Below, piece by piece: positions 25,217-36,271 of a stretch of 64,000 bases of DNA. Below the pieces are notes generated by a model. That model saw only the letters and a list, made by a program, of their open reading frames with translations. It did not search any database and was not told where the DNA came from. Every line of letters begins with the position of its first letter. Position 1 is the stretch's first letter. The position numbers were made by a program, and so were the translations under genes. Origin of the DNA: Mytilus edulis (lineage: Eukaryota); assembly GCF_963676685.1 (NCBI RefSeq), contig NC_092351.1:36890001-36954000 (forward strand), given 5' to 3'.

Positions 25217-28200
25217 GGTTTCTTGTGAACGTAGTTGTCTTGTTTCTTGTGTACAGAGTTGTAATATTTCTTGTGTACAGAGTTGTTTTGTTTCCTGTGT
25301 ACAGAGTTGTCTTGTTTCTTTTGTAAAGAGTTGTCTTGTTTCTTGTGTACAGAGTTGTCTTGTTTCTTGTGTTCATAATTGTCTTGCTTCTTGTGAACAG
25401 AGTTGTCTTGTTTCTTGTGAACAGAGTTGTTCTTGTTTCTTATGTACAGAGTTGTCTTGTTTCTTGTGTACAGAGTTGTCTTGTTTCTTGTGAACATAGT
25501 TGTCTTGTTTCCTGTGTACAGAGTTGTCATGTTTTTTGTGTACAAAGTTGTCTTGTTTCTTGTGTATAGAGTTGTATTATTTCTTGTGTACAGAGTTGTC
25601 ATGTTTCCTGTGTTCAGAGTTGTCTTGTTTCCTGTGTACAAAGTTGTCTTGTTTCTTGTGAACATAGTTGTCTTGTTTCCTGTCCACAGAGTTCTCTTGT
25701 TTCTTTTGTACAGTGTTGTCTTGTTTCTTGTGTACAGAGTTGTCTTGTTTCTTTTGTACAGAGTTATCGTGTTTCCTGTGTTCAGAGTTGTCTTGTTTCC
25801 TGTCTACAGAGTTGTCTTGTTTCTTTTGTACAGTGTTGTCTTGTTTCTTGTGTACAGAGTTGTCTTGCTTCTTGTGTACAGAGTTATCTTGTTTCCTGTG
25901 TTCAGAGTTGTCTTGTTTCTTTTGTACAGAGTTGTCTTGTTTCTTGTGTACAGAGTTGTCTTGTTTCTTTTGTACAGAGTTGTCTTGTTTCTTGTGTACA
26001 GAGTTGTCTTGTTTCCTGTGTACAGAGTTGTCTTGTTTCTTTTGTACAGAGTTGTCTTGTTTCTTGTGTTCAGAGTTGTATTGTTTCCTGTCTACAGAGT
26101 TGTCTTGTTTCTTTTGTACAGAGTTATCTTGTTTCCTGTGTTCAGAGTTGTCTTGTTTCTTTTGTACAGAGTTGTCTTGTTTCTTGTGTGCAGAGTTGTC
26201 TTGTTTCCTGTATACAGAGTTGTCTTTGTTTCTTGTGTACAGAGTTGTCTTGTTTCTTTTGTACAGAGTTGTCTTGTTTCTTTTGTACAGTGTTGTCTTG
26301 TTTCTTGTGTACAGAGTTGTCTTGTTTCCTGTGTACAGGGTTGTCTTGTTTCTTTTGTACAGTGTTGTCTTGTTTCTTGTGTTCAGAGTTGTCTTGTTTC
26401 CTGTCTACAGAGTTGTCTTGTTTCTTTTGTACAGAGTTATCTTGTTTCCTGTGTTCAGAGTTGTCTTGTTTCTTTTGTACAGAGTTGTCTTGTTTCTTGT
26501 GTGCAGAGTTGTCTTGTTTCCTGTATACAGAGTTGTCTTTGTTTCTTGTGTACAGAGTTGTCTTGTTTCTTTTGTACAGAGTTGTCTTGTTTCTTTTGTA
26601 CAGTGTTGTCTTGTTTCTTGTGTTCAGAGTTGTCTTGTTTCTTTTGTACAGAGTTGTCTTGTTTCTTTTGTACAGAGTTATCTTGTTTCCTGTGTTCAGA
26701 GTTGTCTTGTTTCCTGTGTTCAGAGTTGTCTTGTTTCTTTTGTACAGAGTTGTCTTGTTTCTTGTGTACAGAGTTGTCTTGTTTCCTGTGTTCAGAGTTG
26801 TCTTGTATCTTGTGTACAGAGTTGTCTTGTTTCTTGTGTACAGAGTTGTCTTGTTTCCTGTGTTCAGAGTTGTCTTGTTTCTTTTGTACAGAGTTGTCTT
26901 GTTTCCTGTGTACAGAGTTGTCTTGTTTCTTTTGTACAGTGTTGTCTTGTTTCTTGTGTTCAGAGTTGTCTTGTTTCCTGAGTTCAGAGTTGTCTTGTTT
27001 CTTTTGTACATAGTTGTCTTGTTTCCTGTCTACAGAGTTGTCTTGTTTCTTTTGTACAGTGTTGTCTTGTTTCCTGTGTTCAGAGTTGTCTTGTTTCTTT
27101 TGTACAGAGTTATCTTGTTTCCTGTGTTCAGAGTTGTCTTGTTTCTTTTGTACAGTTGTCTTGTTTCTTGTGTTTCTTGTGTACAGAGCTGTCTTGTTTC
27201 TTTTGTACAGAGTTATCGTGTTTACTGTGTTCAGAGTTGTCTTGTTTCCTGTGTACAGAGTTGTCTTGATTCCTGTATAAAGAGTTGTCTTGTTTCATTT
27301 GTACAGAGTTGTCCTGTTTCTTGTGTACAGAGTTGTCTTGTTTACTGTGCACAGAGTTGTCTTGTTTCCTGTGTAAGAAGTTGTCTTGTTTCCTGAGTAC
27401 AGAGTTGTCTTGTTTCCTGTGTACAGAGTTGTCTTGTCATCTTTCTTGTGTGACTTAGGAAGCCAATACATAGTGGGACACGTGGGATTTTTACACACCA
27501 CACACACAACATATTATTGTCCCTTGTTGATAGAAACAGAGGAACAAAATGATTGAAAAATCCTTCATTGAGTAACAGGATGTGACTAACAATGAATCCA
27601 AATAAAATGTCAACAGTTAACTTGTTGTTTTTAGTTGCTCACGCTTAGGCATAATCCTGAAATTTCCACCCATGCACTATAAACTAGAGTTGTCTTGTTT
27701 CTTTTGTACAGTGTTGTCTTGTTTCTTGTGTTCAGAGTTGTCTTGTTTCCTGTGTTCAGAGTTGTCTTGTTTCTTTTGTACAGAGTTGTCTTGTTTCTTG
27801 TGTACAGAGTTGTCTTGTTTCCTGTGTACAGAGTTGTCTTGTTTCTTGTGTTCAGAGTTGTCTTGTTTCCTGTCTACAGAGTTGTCTTGTTCCTTTTGTA
27901 CAGTGTTGTCTTGTTTCTTGTGTACAGAGTTGTCTTGTTTCCTGTCTGCAGAGTTGTCTTGTTTCTTTTGTCCAGAGTTGTCTTGTTTTTTGTGTACAGA
28001 GTTGTCTTGTTTCTTTTGTACAGTGTTGTCTTGGTTTTTTTTACAGAGTTGTCTTGTTTCTTGGGTACAGAGTTGTCTTGTTTCTTTTGTACAGAGTTGT
28101 CTTGTTTCCTGTGTTCAGAGTTGTCTTGTTTCTTGTGTACAGAGTTATCTTGTTTCCTGTGTTCAGAGTTGTCTTGTTTCTTGTGTACAGAGTTGTCTTG

Positions 28201-31200
28201 TTTCTTTTGTACAGAGTTGTCTTGTTTCTTTTGTAAAGAGTTGTCTTGTTTCTTGTGCACAGAGCTGTCTTGTTTCTTTTGTACAGAGTTATCCTGTTAC
28301 CTGTGTTCAGAGTTGTCTTGTTTCCTGTGTTCAGAGTTGTCTTGTTTCCTGTCTACAGAGTTATCTTGTTTCTTTTGTACAGTGTTGTCTTGTTTCTTGT
28401 GTACAGAGTTGTCTTGTTTCCTGTGAACAGAGTTGTCTTGTTTCTTTTGTACAGAGTTGTCTTGCTTCCTGTGTTCAGAGTTGTCTTGTTTCCTGCGTAC
28501 AAAGTTGTCTTGTTTCTTGTGAACATAGTTGTCTTGTTTCCTGTCCACAGAGTTGTCTTGTTTCTTTTGTACAGTGTTGTCTTGTTTCTTGTGTACAGAG
28601 TTGTCTTGTTTCTTTTGTACAGAGTTATCGTGTTTCCTGTTTTCAGATTTGTCTTGTTTCCTGTCCACAGAGTTCTCTTGTTTCTTTTGTACAGTGTTGT
28701 TTTGTTTCTTGTGTACAGAGTTGTCTTGCTTTTTGTGTACAGAGTTATCTTGTTTCCTGTGTTCTGAGTTGTCTTGTTTCTTTTGTACAGAGTTGTCTTG
28801 TTTCTTGTGTACAAAGTTGTCTTGTTTCTTGTGAACATAGTTGTCTTGTTTCTTGTGTTCAGAGTTGTCTTGTTTCTTTTGTACAGTGTTGTCTTGTTTC
28901 TTTTGTACAGTGTTGTCTTGCTTCTTGTGTACAGAGTTATCTTGTTTCCTGTGTTCAGAGTTGTCTTGTTTCTTTTGTACAGAGTTGTCTTGTTTCTTTT
29001 GTACAGTGTTGTCTTGTTTCTTTTGTACAGTGTTGTCTTGTTTCTTTTGTACAGAGTTGTCTTGTTTCCTGTGTACAGAGTTGTCTTGATTCCTTTATAC
29101 AGAGTTGTCTTGTTTCTTTTGTACAGTGTTGTCTTGTTTCTTGTGTACAGAGTTATCTTGTTTCCTGTGTTCAGAGTTGTCTTGTTTCTTTTGTACAGAG
29201 TTGTCTTGTTTCTTTTGTACAGAGTTGTCTTGTTTCCTGTGTTCAGAGTTGTCTTGTTTCCTGTGTTCAGAGTTGTCTTGTTTCTTTTGTACAGAATTGT
29301 CTTGTTTCTTGTGTACAGAGTTGTCTTGTTTCTTTTGTACAGAGTTATCTTGTTTCCTGTGTTCAGAGTTGTCTTGTTTCTTTTGTACAGAGTTGTCTTG
29401 TTTCTTGTGTACAGAGTTGTCTTGTTTCTTTTGTACAGAGTTATCATGTTTCCTGTGTTCAGAGTTGTCTTGTTTCCTGTCTACAGAGTTGTTTTGTTTC
29501 TTTTGTACAGTGTTGTCTTGTTTCTTGTTTATAGAGTTATCTTGTTTCCTGTGTTCAGAGTTGTCTTGTTTCTTTTGTACAGAGTTGTCTTGTTTTTTGT
29601 GTACAGAGTTGTCTTGTTTCCTGTCTTCAGAGTTGTCTTGTTTCTTTTGTACAGAGTTGTGTTGTTTCTTGTGTACATAGTTGTCTTGTTTCTTTTGTAC
29701 AGAGTTATCATGTTTCCTGTGTTCAAAGTTGTCTTGTTTCCTGTGTACAGAGTTGTCTTGTTTCTTTTGTACAGTTTTGTCTTGTTTCTTGTGTTCAGAG
29801 TTGTCTTGTTTCCTGTCTACAGAGTTGTCTTGTTTCTTTTGTACAGTGTTGTCTTGTTTCTTGTGTACAGAGTTGTCTTGTTTCTTGTGTACAGAGTTAT
29901 CTTGTTTCCTGTGTTCAGAGTTGTCTTGTTTCTTTTGTATAGAGTTGTCTTGTTTCTTGTGTACAGAGTTGTCTTGTTTCTTTTGTACAGTGTTGTCTTG
30001 TTTCTTGTGTTCAGAGTTGTCTTGTTTCCTGTCTACAGAGTTGTCTTGTTTCTTTTGTACAGTGTTGTCTTGTTTCTTGTGTACAGAGTTGTCTTGCTTC
30101 TTGTGTACAGAGTTATCTTGTTTCCTGTGTTCAGAGTTGTCTTGTTTCTTTTGTACAGAGTTATCTTGTTTCCTGTGTTCAGAGTTGTCTTGTTTATTTT
30201 GTACAGTTGTCTTGTTTCTTGTGTACAGAGCTGTCTTGTTTCTTTTGTACAGAGTTATCGTGTTTCCTGTGTTCAGAGTTGTCTTGTTTCCTGTGTACAG
30301 AGTTGTCTTGATTCCTGTATACAGAGTTGTCTTGTTTCTTTTGTACAGAGTTGTCCTGTTTCTTGTGTACAGAGTTGTCTTGTTTACTGTGTACAGAGTT
30401 GTCTTGTTTCTTTTGTACAGTGTTGTCTTGTTTCTTGTGTTCAGAGTTGTCTTGTTTCCTGTCTACAGAGTTGTCTTGTTTCCTGTGTACAGAGTTGTCT
30501 TGTTTTTTTTGTACAGTGTTGTCTTGTTTCTTGTGTACAGAGTTATCTTGTTTCCTGTGTTCAGAGTTGTCTTGTTTCTTTTGTACAGAGTTGTCTTGTT
30601 TCTTTTGTACAGAGTTGTCTTGTTTCCTGTGTTCAGAGTTGTCTTGTTTCCTGTGTTCAGAGTTGTCTTGTTTCTTTTGTACAGAATTGTCTTGTTTCTT
30701 GTGTACAGAGTTGTCTTGTTTCTTTTGTACAGAGTTATCTTGTTTCCTGTGTTCAGAGTTGTCTTGTTTCTTTTGTACAGAGTTGTCTTGTTTCTTGTGT
30801 ACAGAGTTGTCTTGTTTCTTTTGTACAGAGTTATCATGTTTCCTGTGTTCAGAGTTGTCTTGTTTCCTGTCTACAGAGTTGTCTTGTTTCTTTTGTACAG
30901 TGTTATCTTGTTTCTTGTGTATAGAGTTGTCTTGTTTCCTGTGTACATAGTTGTCTTGTTTCTTTTGTACAGAGTTGTCTTGCTTCTTGTGTACAGAGTT
31001 ATCATGTTTCCTGTGTTCAGAGTTGTCTTGTTTCTTTTGTACAGAGTTGTCTTGTTTTTTGTGTACAGAGATGTCTTGTTTCCTGTATTCAGAGTTGTCT
31101 TGTTTCTTTTGTACAGAGTTGTCTTGTTTCTTGTGTACATAGTTGTCTTGTTTCTTTTGTACAGAGTTATCATGTTTCCTGTGTTCAAAGTTGTCTTGTT

Positions 31201-31940
31201 TCCTGTGTACAGAGTTGTCTTGTTTCTTTTGTACAGTGTTGTCTTGTTTCTTGTGTTCAGAGTTGTCTTGTTTCCTGTCTACAGAGTTGTCTTGTTTCTT
31301 TTGTACAGTGTTGTCTTGTTTCTTGTGTACAGAGTTGTCTTGTTTCTTGTGTACAGAGTTATCTTGTTTCCTGTGTTCAGAGTTGTCTTGTTTCTTTTGT
31401 ACAGAGTTGTCTTGTTTCTTGTGTACAGAGTTGTCTTGTTTCTTTTGTACAGTGTTGTCTTGTTTCTTGTGTTCAGAGTTGTCTTGTTTCCTGTCTACAG
31501 AGTTGTCTTGTTTATTTTGTACAGTGTTGTCTTGTTTCTTGTGTACAGAGTTGTATTGCTTCTTGTGTACAGAGTTATCTTGTTTCCTGTGTTCAGAGTT
31601 GTCTTGTTTCTTTTGTACAGAGTTATCTTGTTTCCTGTGTTCAGAGTTGTCTTGTTTCTTTTGTACAGTTGTCTTGTTTCTTGTGTACAGAGCTGTCTTG
31701 TTTCTTTTGTACAGAGTTATCGTGTTTCCTGTGTTCAGAGTTGTCTTGTTTCCTGTGTACAGAGTTGTCTTGATTCCTGTATAAAGAGTTGTCTTGTTTC
31801 ATTTGTACAGAGTTGTCCTGTTTCTTGTGTACAGAGTTTTCTTGTTTACTGTGCACAGAGTTGTCTTGTTTCCTGTGTAAGAAGTTGTCTTGTTTCCTGA
31901 GTACAGAGTTGTCTTGTTTCCTGTGTACAGAGTTGTCTTG
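25217..31940. repeat. 24-bp tandem satellite array (AGAGTTGTCTTGTTTCYTKTGTWC), interrupted by a spacer at about 27437-27686
   Basis: Direct reading; 8-aa periodicity in all translated frames. Confidence 0.97.
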
Positions 31941-32446
31941 TCATCTTTCTTGTGTGACTTAGGAAGCCAATACATAGTGGGACACGTGGGATTTTTACAC
32001 ACCACACACACAACATATTATTGTCCCTTGTTGATAGAAACAGAGGAACAAAATGATTGAAAAATCCTTCATTGAGTAACAGGATGTGACTTACAATGAA
32101 TCCAAATAAAATGTCAACAGTTAACTTGTTGTTTTTAGTTGCTCACGCTTAGGCATAATCCTGAAATTTCCACCCATGCACTATAAACTAGAGCATGAAA
32201 TAAGGTCAAGCCAGCATTATGTGACAGAATTGTGCTTCATTCAAGAAACCACATATAAGTGTGAAAATAATGTCAAAACCAAAATATACATGACAAACAA
32301 AAATGCACTATTTTACATACTAATGTCATCTGTGCTTTATTTCTTGTAGAGAATATTTTCATATTGCATCTTGTTACATTTATACTTTGTTTATTGCATC
32401 ATGGAAAGTAAAATGTTATAATTAAAACCTCAAGATAGGACCTTGG

Positions 32447-33690
32447 AAACAAGAGAGCACACTGAAATGCCTCGCCTTCTTCATTAATGATAATGTTGAT
32501 AGTCCTAAACATAAAGCTTTACTTCAACTATCATATAAACTTAATATGATTCAAGAAAATGAGATCAAGGTCATATAAACTGAACAAAAAATACATGTAC
32601 ACCTTACAATCATTCAATACACTAAATTTAGTTGACCAATTGCATGTAGTTTCTAAGAAACAGACTTAACCAAGAAAACTAAACATTGACCAATGAACCA
32701 TGAAACAGAGGTCAAGGTCAGACGAACCATGCCAGGCAGACATGTACAGCTTACAATCCTTCCATACAACAAATATAGTTGACCTTTTGCTTATAGTTTG
32801 TGAAAAACTATACCAAAACACAAAAACTTAACACTGAGCAAGGAACCGTAAAAATGAGGTCAATGTCAAATAAAACCTGCAAGACTGACATGTACATCAT
32901 AAAATATTTCCAAACACCGAATATAGTAAACCTATTGCATACAGTATAAGAAAAGAACAAAATACAAAAAATTAACTTTAACCACTGAACCATGAAAATG
33001 AGGTCAAGGTCAAATGACACCTGCCAATTGGACATGTACACCTTACAATCATTCTGTACACCAAATATAGTAAACCTATTGCATACAGTATAAGAACAGA
33101 ACAAAATGCAAAAATTTAACTTTAACCACTGAACCATGAAAATGAGGTCATGGTCAGATGACACCTGCCAGTTGGACATCAACACCTAACAGTCCTTCCA
33201 TACACTGAATATATTAGACCCATTGCTTATAGTATCTGAGATATGGACTCCATGTTGAAGACCGTACCTTGGCCTATAATGGTTTACTTTTAAGTGTAAC
33301 CTGGATGCATGGAGAATTGTCTCATTGGCACTCAAACCACATCTTTTAACAATTGACCACCAAAACTTAACCTTGTACACTGATTCATGAAATGAGGTCG
33401 AGGTCAAGTGAAAATAATCTGACAACCATGAGGACCTTGCAAGGTACGCACATACTAAATATAGTAAATCCTATTACTCATAATAAGAGACAAATTAACA
33501 TTACAAAAAATCTTAACTTTTTTTCAAGTAGTCACTGAACCATGAAAATGAGGACAATGGACATGGGACAGACGGAAAAAAAGTAACATAAGGCATCTAT
33601 AAACAAAGAATGAAGCATTCAGGCCTTCCACCTTCTAAAATATAAAACGCTGCCAGATCACTGTCTCTATGTTGAGCTATCTGCTACAGG
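32447..33690 (-). mobile_element. Degenerate tandem-core interspersed repeat (HINE-like, third family)
   Basis: Repeated AACCATGAAAATGAGGTCAAGGTCA units of about 150 bp. Confidence 0.55.
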
Positions 33691-33829
33691 CTGGACATAA
33701 ATTACAGTATCAGAGTTCATACCTAATGTTACAATTGATTGATTTGTGGAGGAAACAATATTGCCCTACCTTTGGCAGGAAAACTGACAATCCTAGTCAA
33801 GTAAGATAAGAGTCACAAGATGGACTACT

Positions 33830-33932
33830 TTCTCTCTGTATTGAAGACCCATTGGTGGCCTTCGGCTGTTGTTTGCTCTTTGGTCGGGTTCTTGTCTCTT
33901 TGATGCATTCCCCATTTCCATTCTCACTTTTA
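33830..33932 (+). repeat. Isolated 3' tail of the PLE family
   Basis: Reverse complement of 483-580 (TTGAAGACCCATTGGT..CATTTCCATTCTCA). Confidence 0.75.
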
Positions 33933-34239
33933 CTTTGTCTTAACTATGACCACTCAGTCACTGAGGCCTTATCTGATACCCAAAAGCTGAGGGGGAATAG
34001 TGAGGCTTTATTTGTTAGACAATGTCAAAAGTATGCAATTATCATGATTATTAAAAAATAGATTTAATTAACTCATTAGTACAATATGTATAGTCTCTTT
34101 CAACCATGAATATACAAACACAATAATAAATTGCACAAGTTGTAAAATGTAAATGATCACTTGATCTGGAAGGAACAGCATTTCTCAACAAGCATCTTTC
34201 ATTAGTTAAAATAAAAGTTCTATCTAAGCTCTCCATTTT

Positions 34240-34244
34240 TCAAC
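34240..34244 (-). CDS. ANAPC15: ANAPC15 probable terminal coding micro-exon (G-stop)
   Basis: Strong polypyrimidine acceptor TTTCTTTTTTATTTAG|GT TGA in phase with exon 3; read-through of exon 3 is an alternative. Confidence 0.4.
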
Positions 34245-34277
34245 CTAAATAAAAAAGAAAAAAATAATTCAGACTTA

Positions 34278-35572
34278 GGCCAATTAAAATTAATTGATAG
34301 ATTTTCATCCCCGCCCGCCCCTTTAAAATCGTCCCGCCCCGATTTTTTTTATTTTGAAAAATTTACGATTTGCGGATTTGTTCATCTCCGTTTCCGGTAA
34401 CCGTCAAATATTTTGTTTCCTTCCAAACTTCCTGTTTCAAATTTCGGTTTTCGTATTACTTCGAGTAATTAAATAAGATTCTGCAGCTCTATGATGACAA
34501 AATCGTTTACCGAGAATAGAGATTGATTTCAAGATGGGCATGAAATAATCGGGTTACAAGTAATACGCTGTGTCCAAGAATGCAAATCGCGGCATGACAC
34601 ACATTTCTGTGATTTAGAAAACTATTGATTTTTGTATTGATAAAATGACTTTGTGGAAGGAATTTTGGACTGTGAATTATACCCAAAGAGCACAAATCGT
34701 GGGACACATTCGTAGAAATGAATAAATGAAATGACGCAAGCACGAACTTGTTAGATTTATTACAGTATAATTGAGTCAGTTCAAAAAGTCGGCAAACATA
34801 CTTTAATCGGAGAGCACGAATTTCATTACAAAATTGCTTATCTCCACCGGGACTCGAACCCGGGACCTCTGTGTTACAAGGCAGCGCGCTAACCGACTGA
34901 GCTAAAGAAGTACTTCCTTAGCTCAACTGCTTACGGCTTACTAAGTGTTTACTAAGTTTTTCTAGGGGAAGCAATCCCGTCACACTACTTAGATTTACCC
35001 ATGTCTTTTTTGTTGACAGACAGCACACACACCTTCTGTCCCAATATCCTCAATAGAGCCATTAAACATCTTCTCCTTTTCGGTTAAGTTCATGTTTTAC
35101 ATATTAGTTATATTAGCATCTATAAAAAGAATCCTAAAAGCACCAACCCTTTCGTTTTCAAAACGGTTTCATTTTATTCTGAACTCGTAATTCTTTAGTT
35201 GCATATTTGTTTCATTTTATGGAGACAAAAAAATGGTCGCTTAAAAAGACACTAAATTTGGTGAAGGTAGTCCAACTAAAGAGAGCATTCTTCTTTTATG
35301 TTTTTGCTGTTTAGGTTTCTAAAGCAGCAATTACATGTAAAACAATGGTTGCCAATTGAGATTTTCATTCATGTTAAGATTTGAAATATTGTGTACGATT
35401 CCTTATATATATATGTATATACATAATATAAGCTTATTATTACACTTGAATATTTGAAGAACACGTCACAAGAGGTTTCATAAGAAATAAAAATTAAAAA
35501 ATTAAATCCTCCCACCCGCCCCATTTTTTTCAAAAATTTGGATGAAAATCTACTAATTAATTTTAGTTGGCC
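34278..35572. mobile_element. PIF/Harbinger-like non-autonomous element
   Basis: TTA|GGCCAATTAAAATTAATTGATAGATTTTCATCC..GGATGAAAATCTACTAATTAATTTTAGTTGGCC|TTA. Confidence 0.8.
34841..34911 (-). pseudogene. tRNA-Thr(TGT)-like pseudogene or SINE head
   Basis: TAGCTCAGTCGGTTAGCGC..CTTGTAA..GGTCCCGGGTTCGAGTCCCGG; anticodon and acceptor stems are imperfect. Confidence 0.6.
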
Positions 35573-36066
35573 TTATATCATTTCTATATATTTTATAATG
35601 TATACATGATATATTATAGTAGGAATATAATATATACCAATGTGTTCATAAATGGAAATCAAGCCTATCAAAATAAATATACATTTAATTTTTGACAGTA
35701 ATAAATTAAAGGAAGATTACATATATTTTTAAACCAAAGCATAACTGATAAGTGTTGAATTAGTAAATCAAATAATATGCAGTCTATTTGAAAGTTTTAT
35801 GCCATAATCATGATAATGGAAAAAAAACATTTAAAAAAAGCTAATATTCACACTTTTATATGCAAAATTATTCTTTGGCAAACTAAGAAAGAACTGGAAG
35901 CCTAATGATCAAGATGTTCAAGAACTGTACTATGTCTTAATATTATACCTTCACAAATTTTGACTATGTGTTTCTTTTTTTTTTGTCTGTATCAATGCAA
36001 GCAAACAACACTAAAAACACAAAAAGAACTCATGGATTAAAACTAATTTACAAGGGAGATAATCAC

Positions 36067-36190
36067 CTGCTTCATCCCCTGATTCCCTGTCATCTAACAT
36101 GTCTGTATCTAATTCATCATCGTTTGTGTCACTTTCATCATCATCATCTCCATCATCATCTTCCTCGTCTTCTTCTTCATCCTCCATGTG
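36067..36190 (-). CDS. ANAPC15: ANAPC15 exon 3 (acidic tail)
   Basis: HMEDEEEDEEDDDGDDDDESDTNDDELDTDMLDDRESGDEA. Confidence 0.85.
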
Positions 36191-36271
36191 CTGAAAAAAT
36201 AAAAGTTACTTTCAAAACAAATTTCATAAGTGATTCTTTTAACAATGTTTGTTTACATAAGGCTTAGCGTC

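Noticed and set aside
25174-31900. Long Cys/Val/Lys-rich ORFs (up to 739 aa)
   Set aside because: Artefacts of a 24-bp unit that lacks stops in several frames; they occur on both strands and shift frame at indels.
25217-32190. CRISPR-like repeat-spacer array
   Set aside because: Units are contiguous without unique spacers, there are no cas genes, and the context is eukaryotic.
35968-36267. His-rich ORF on the + strand
   Set aside because: Antisense shadow of the acidic ANAPC15 exon.
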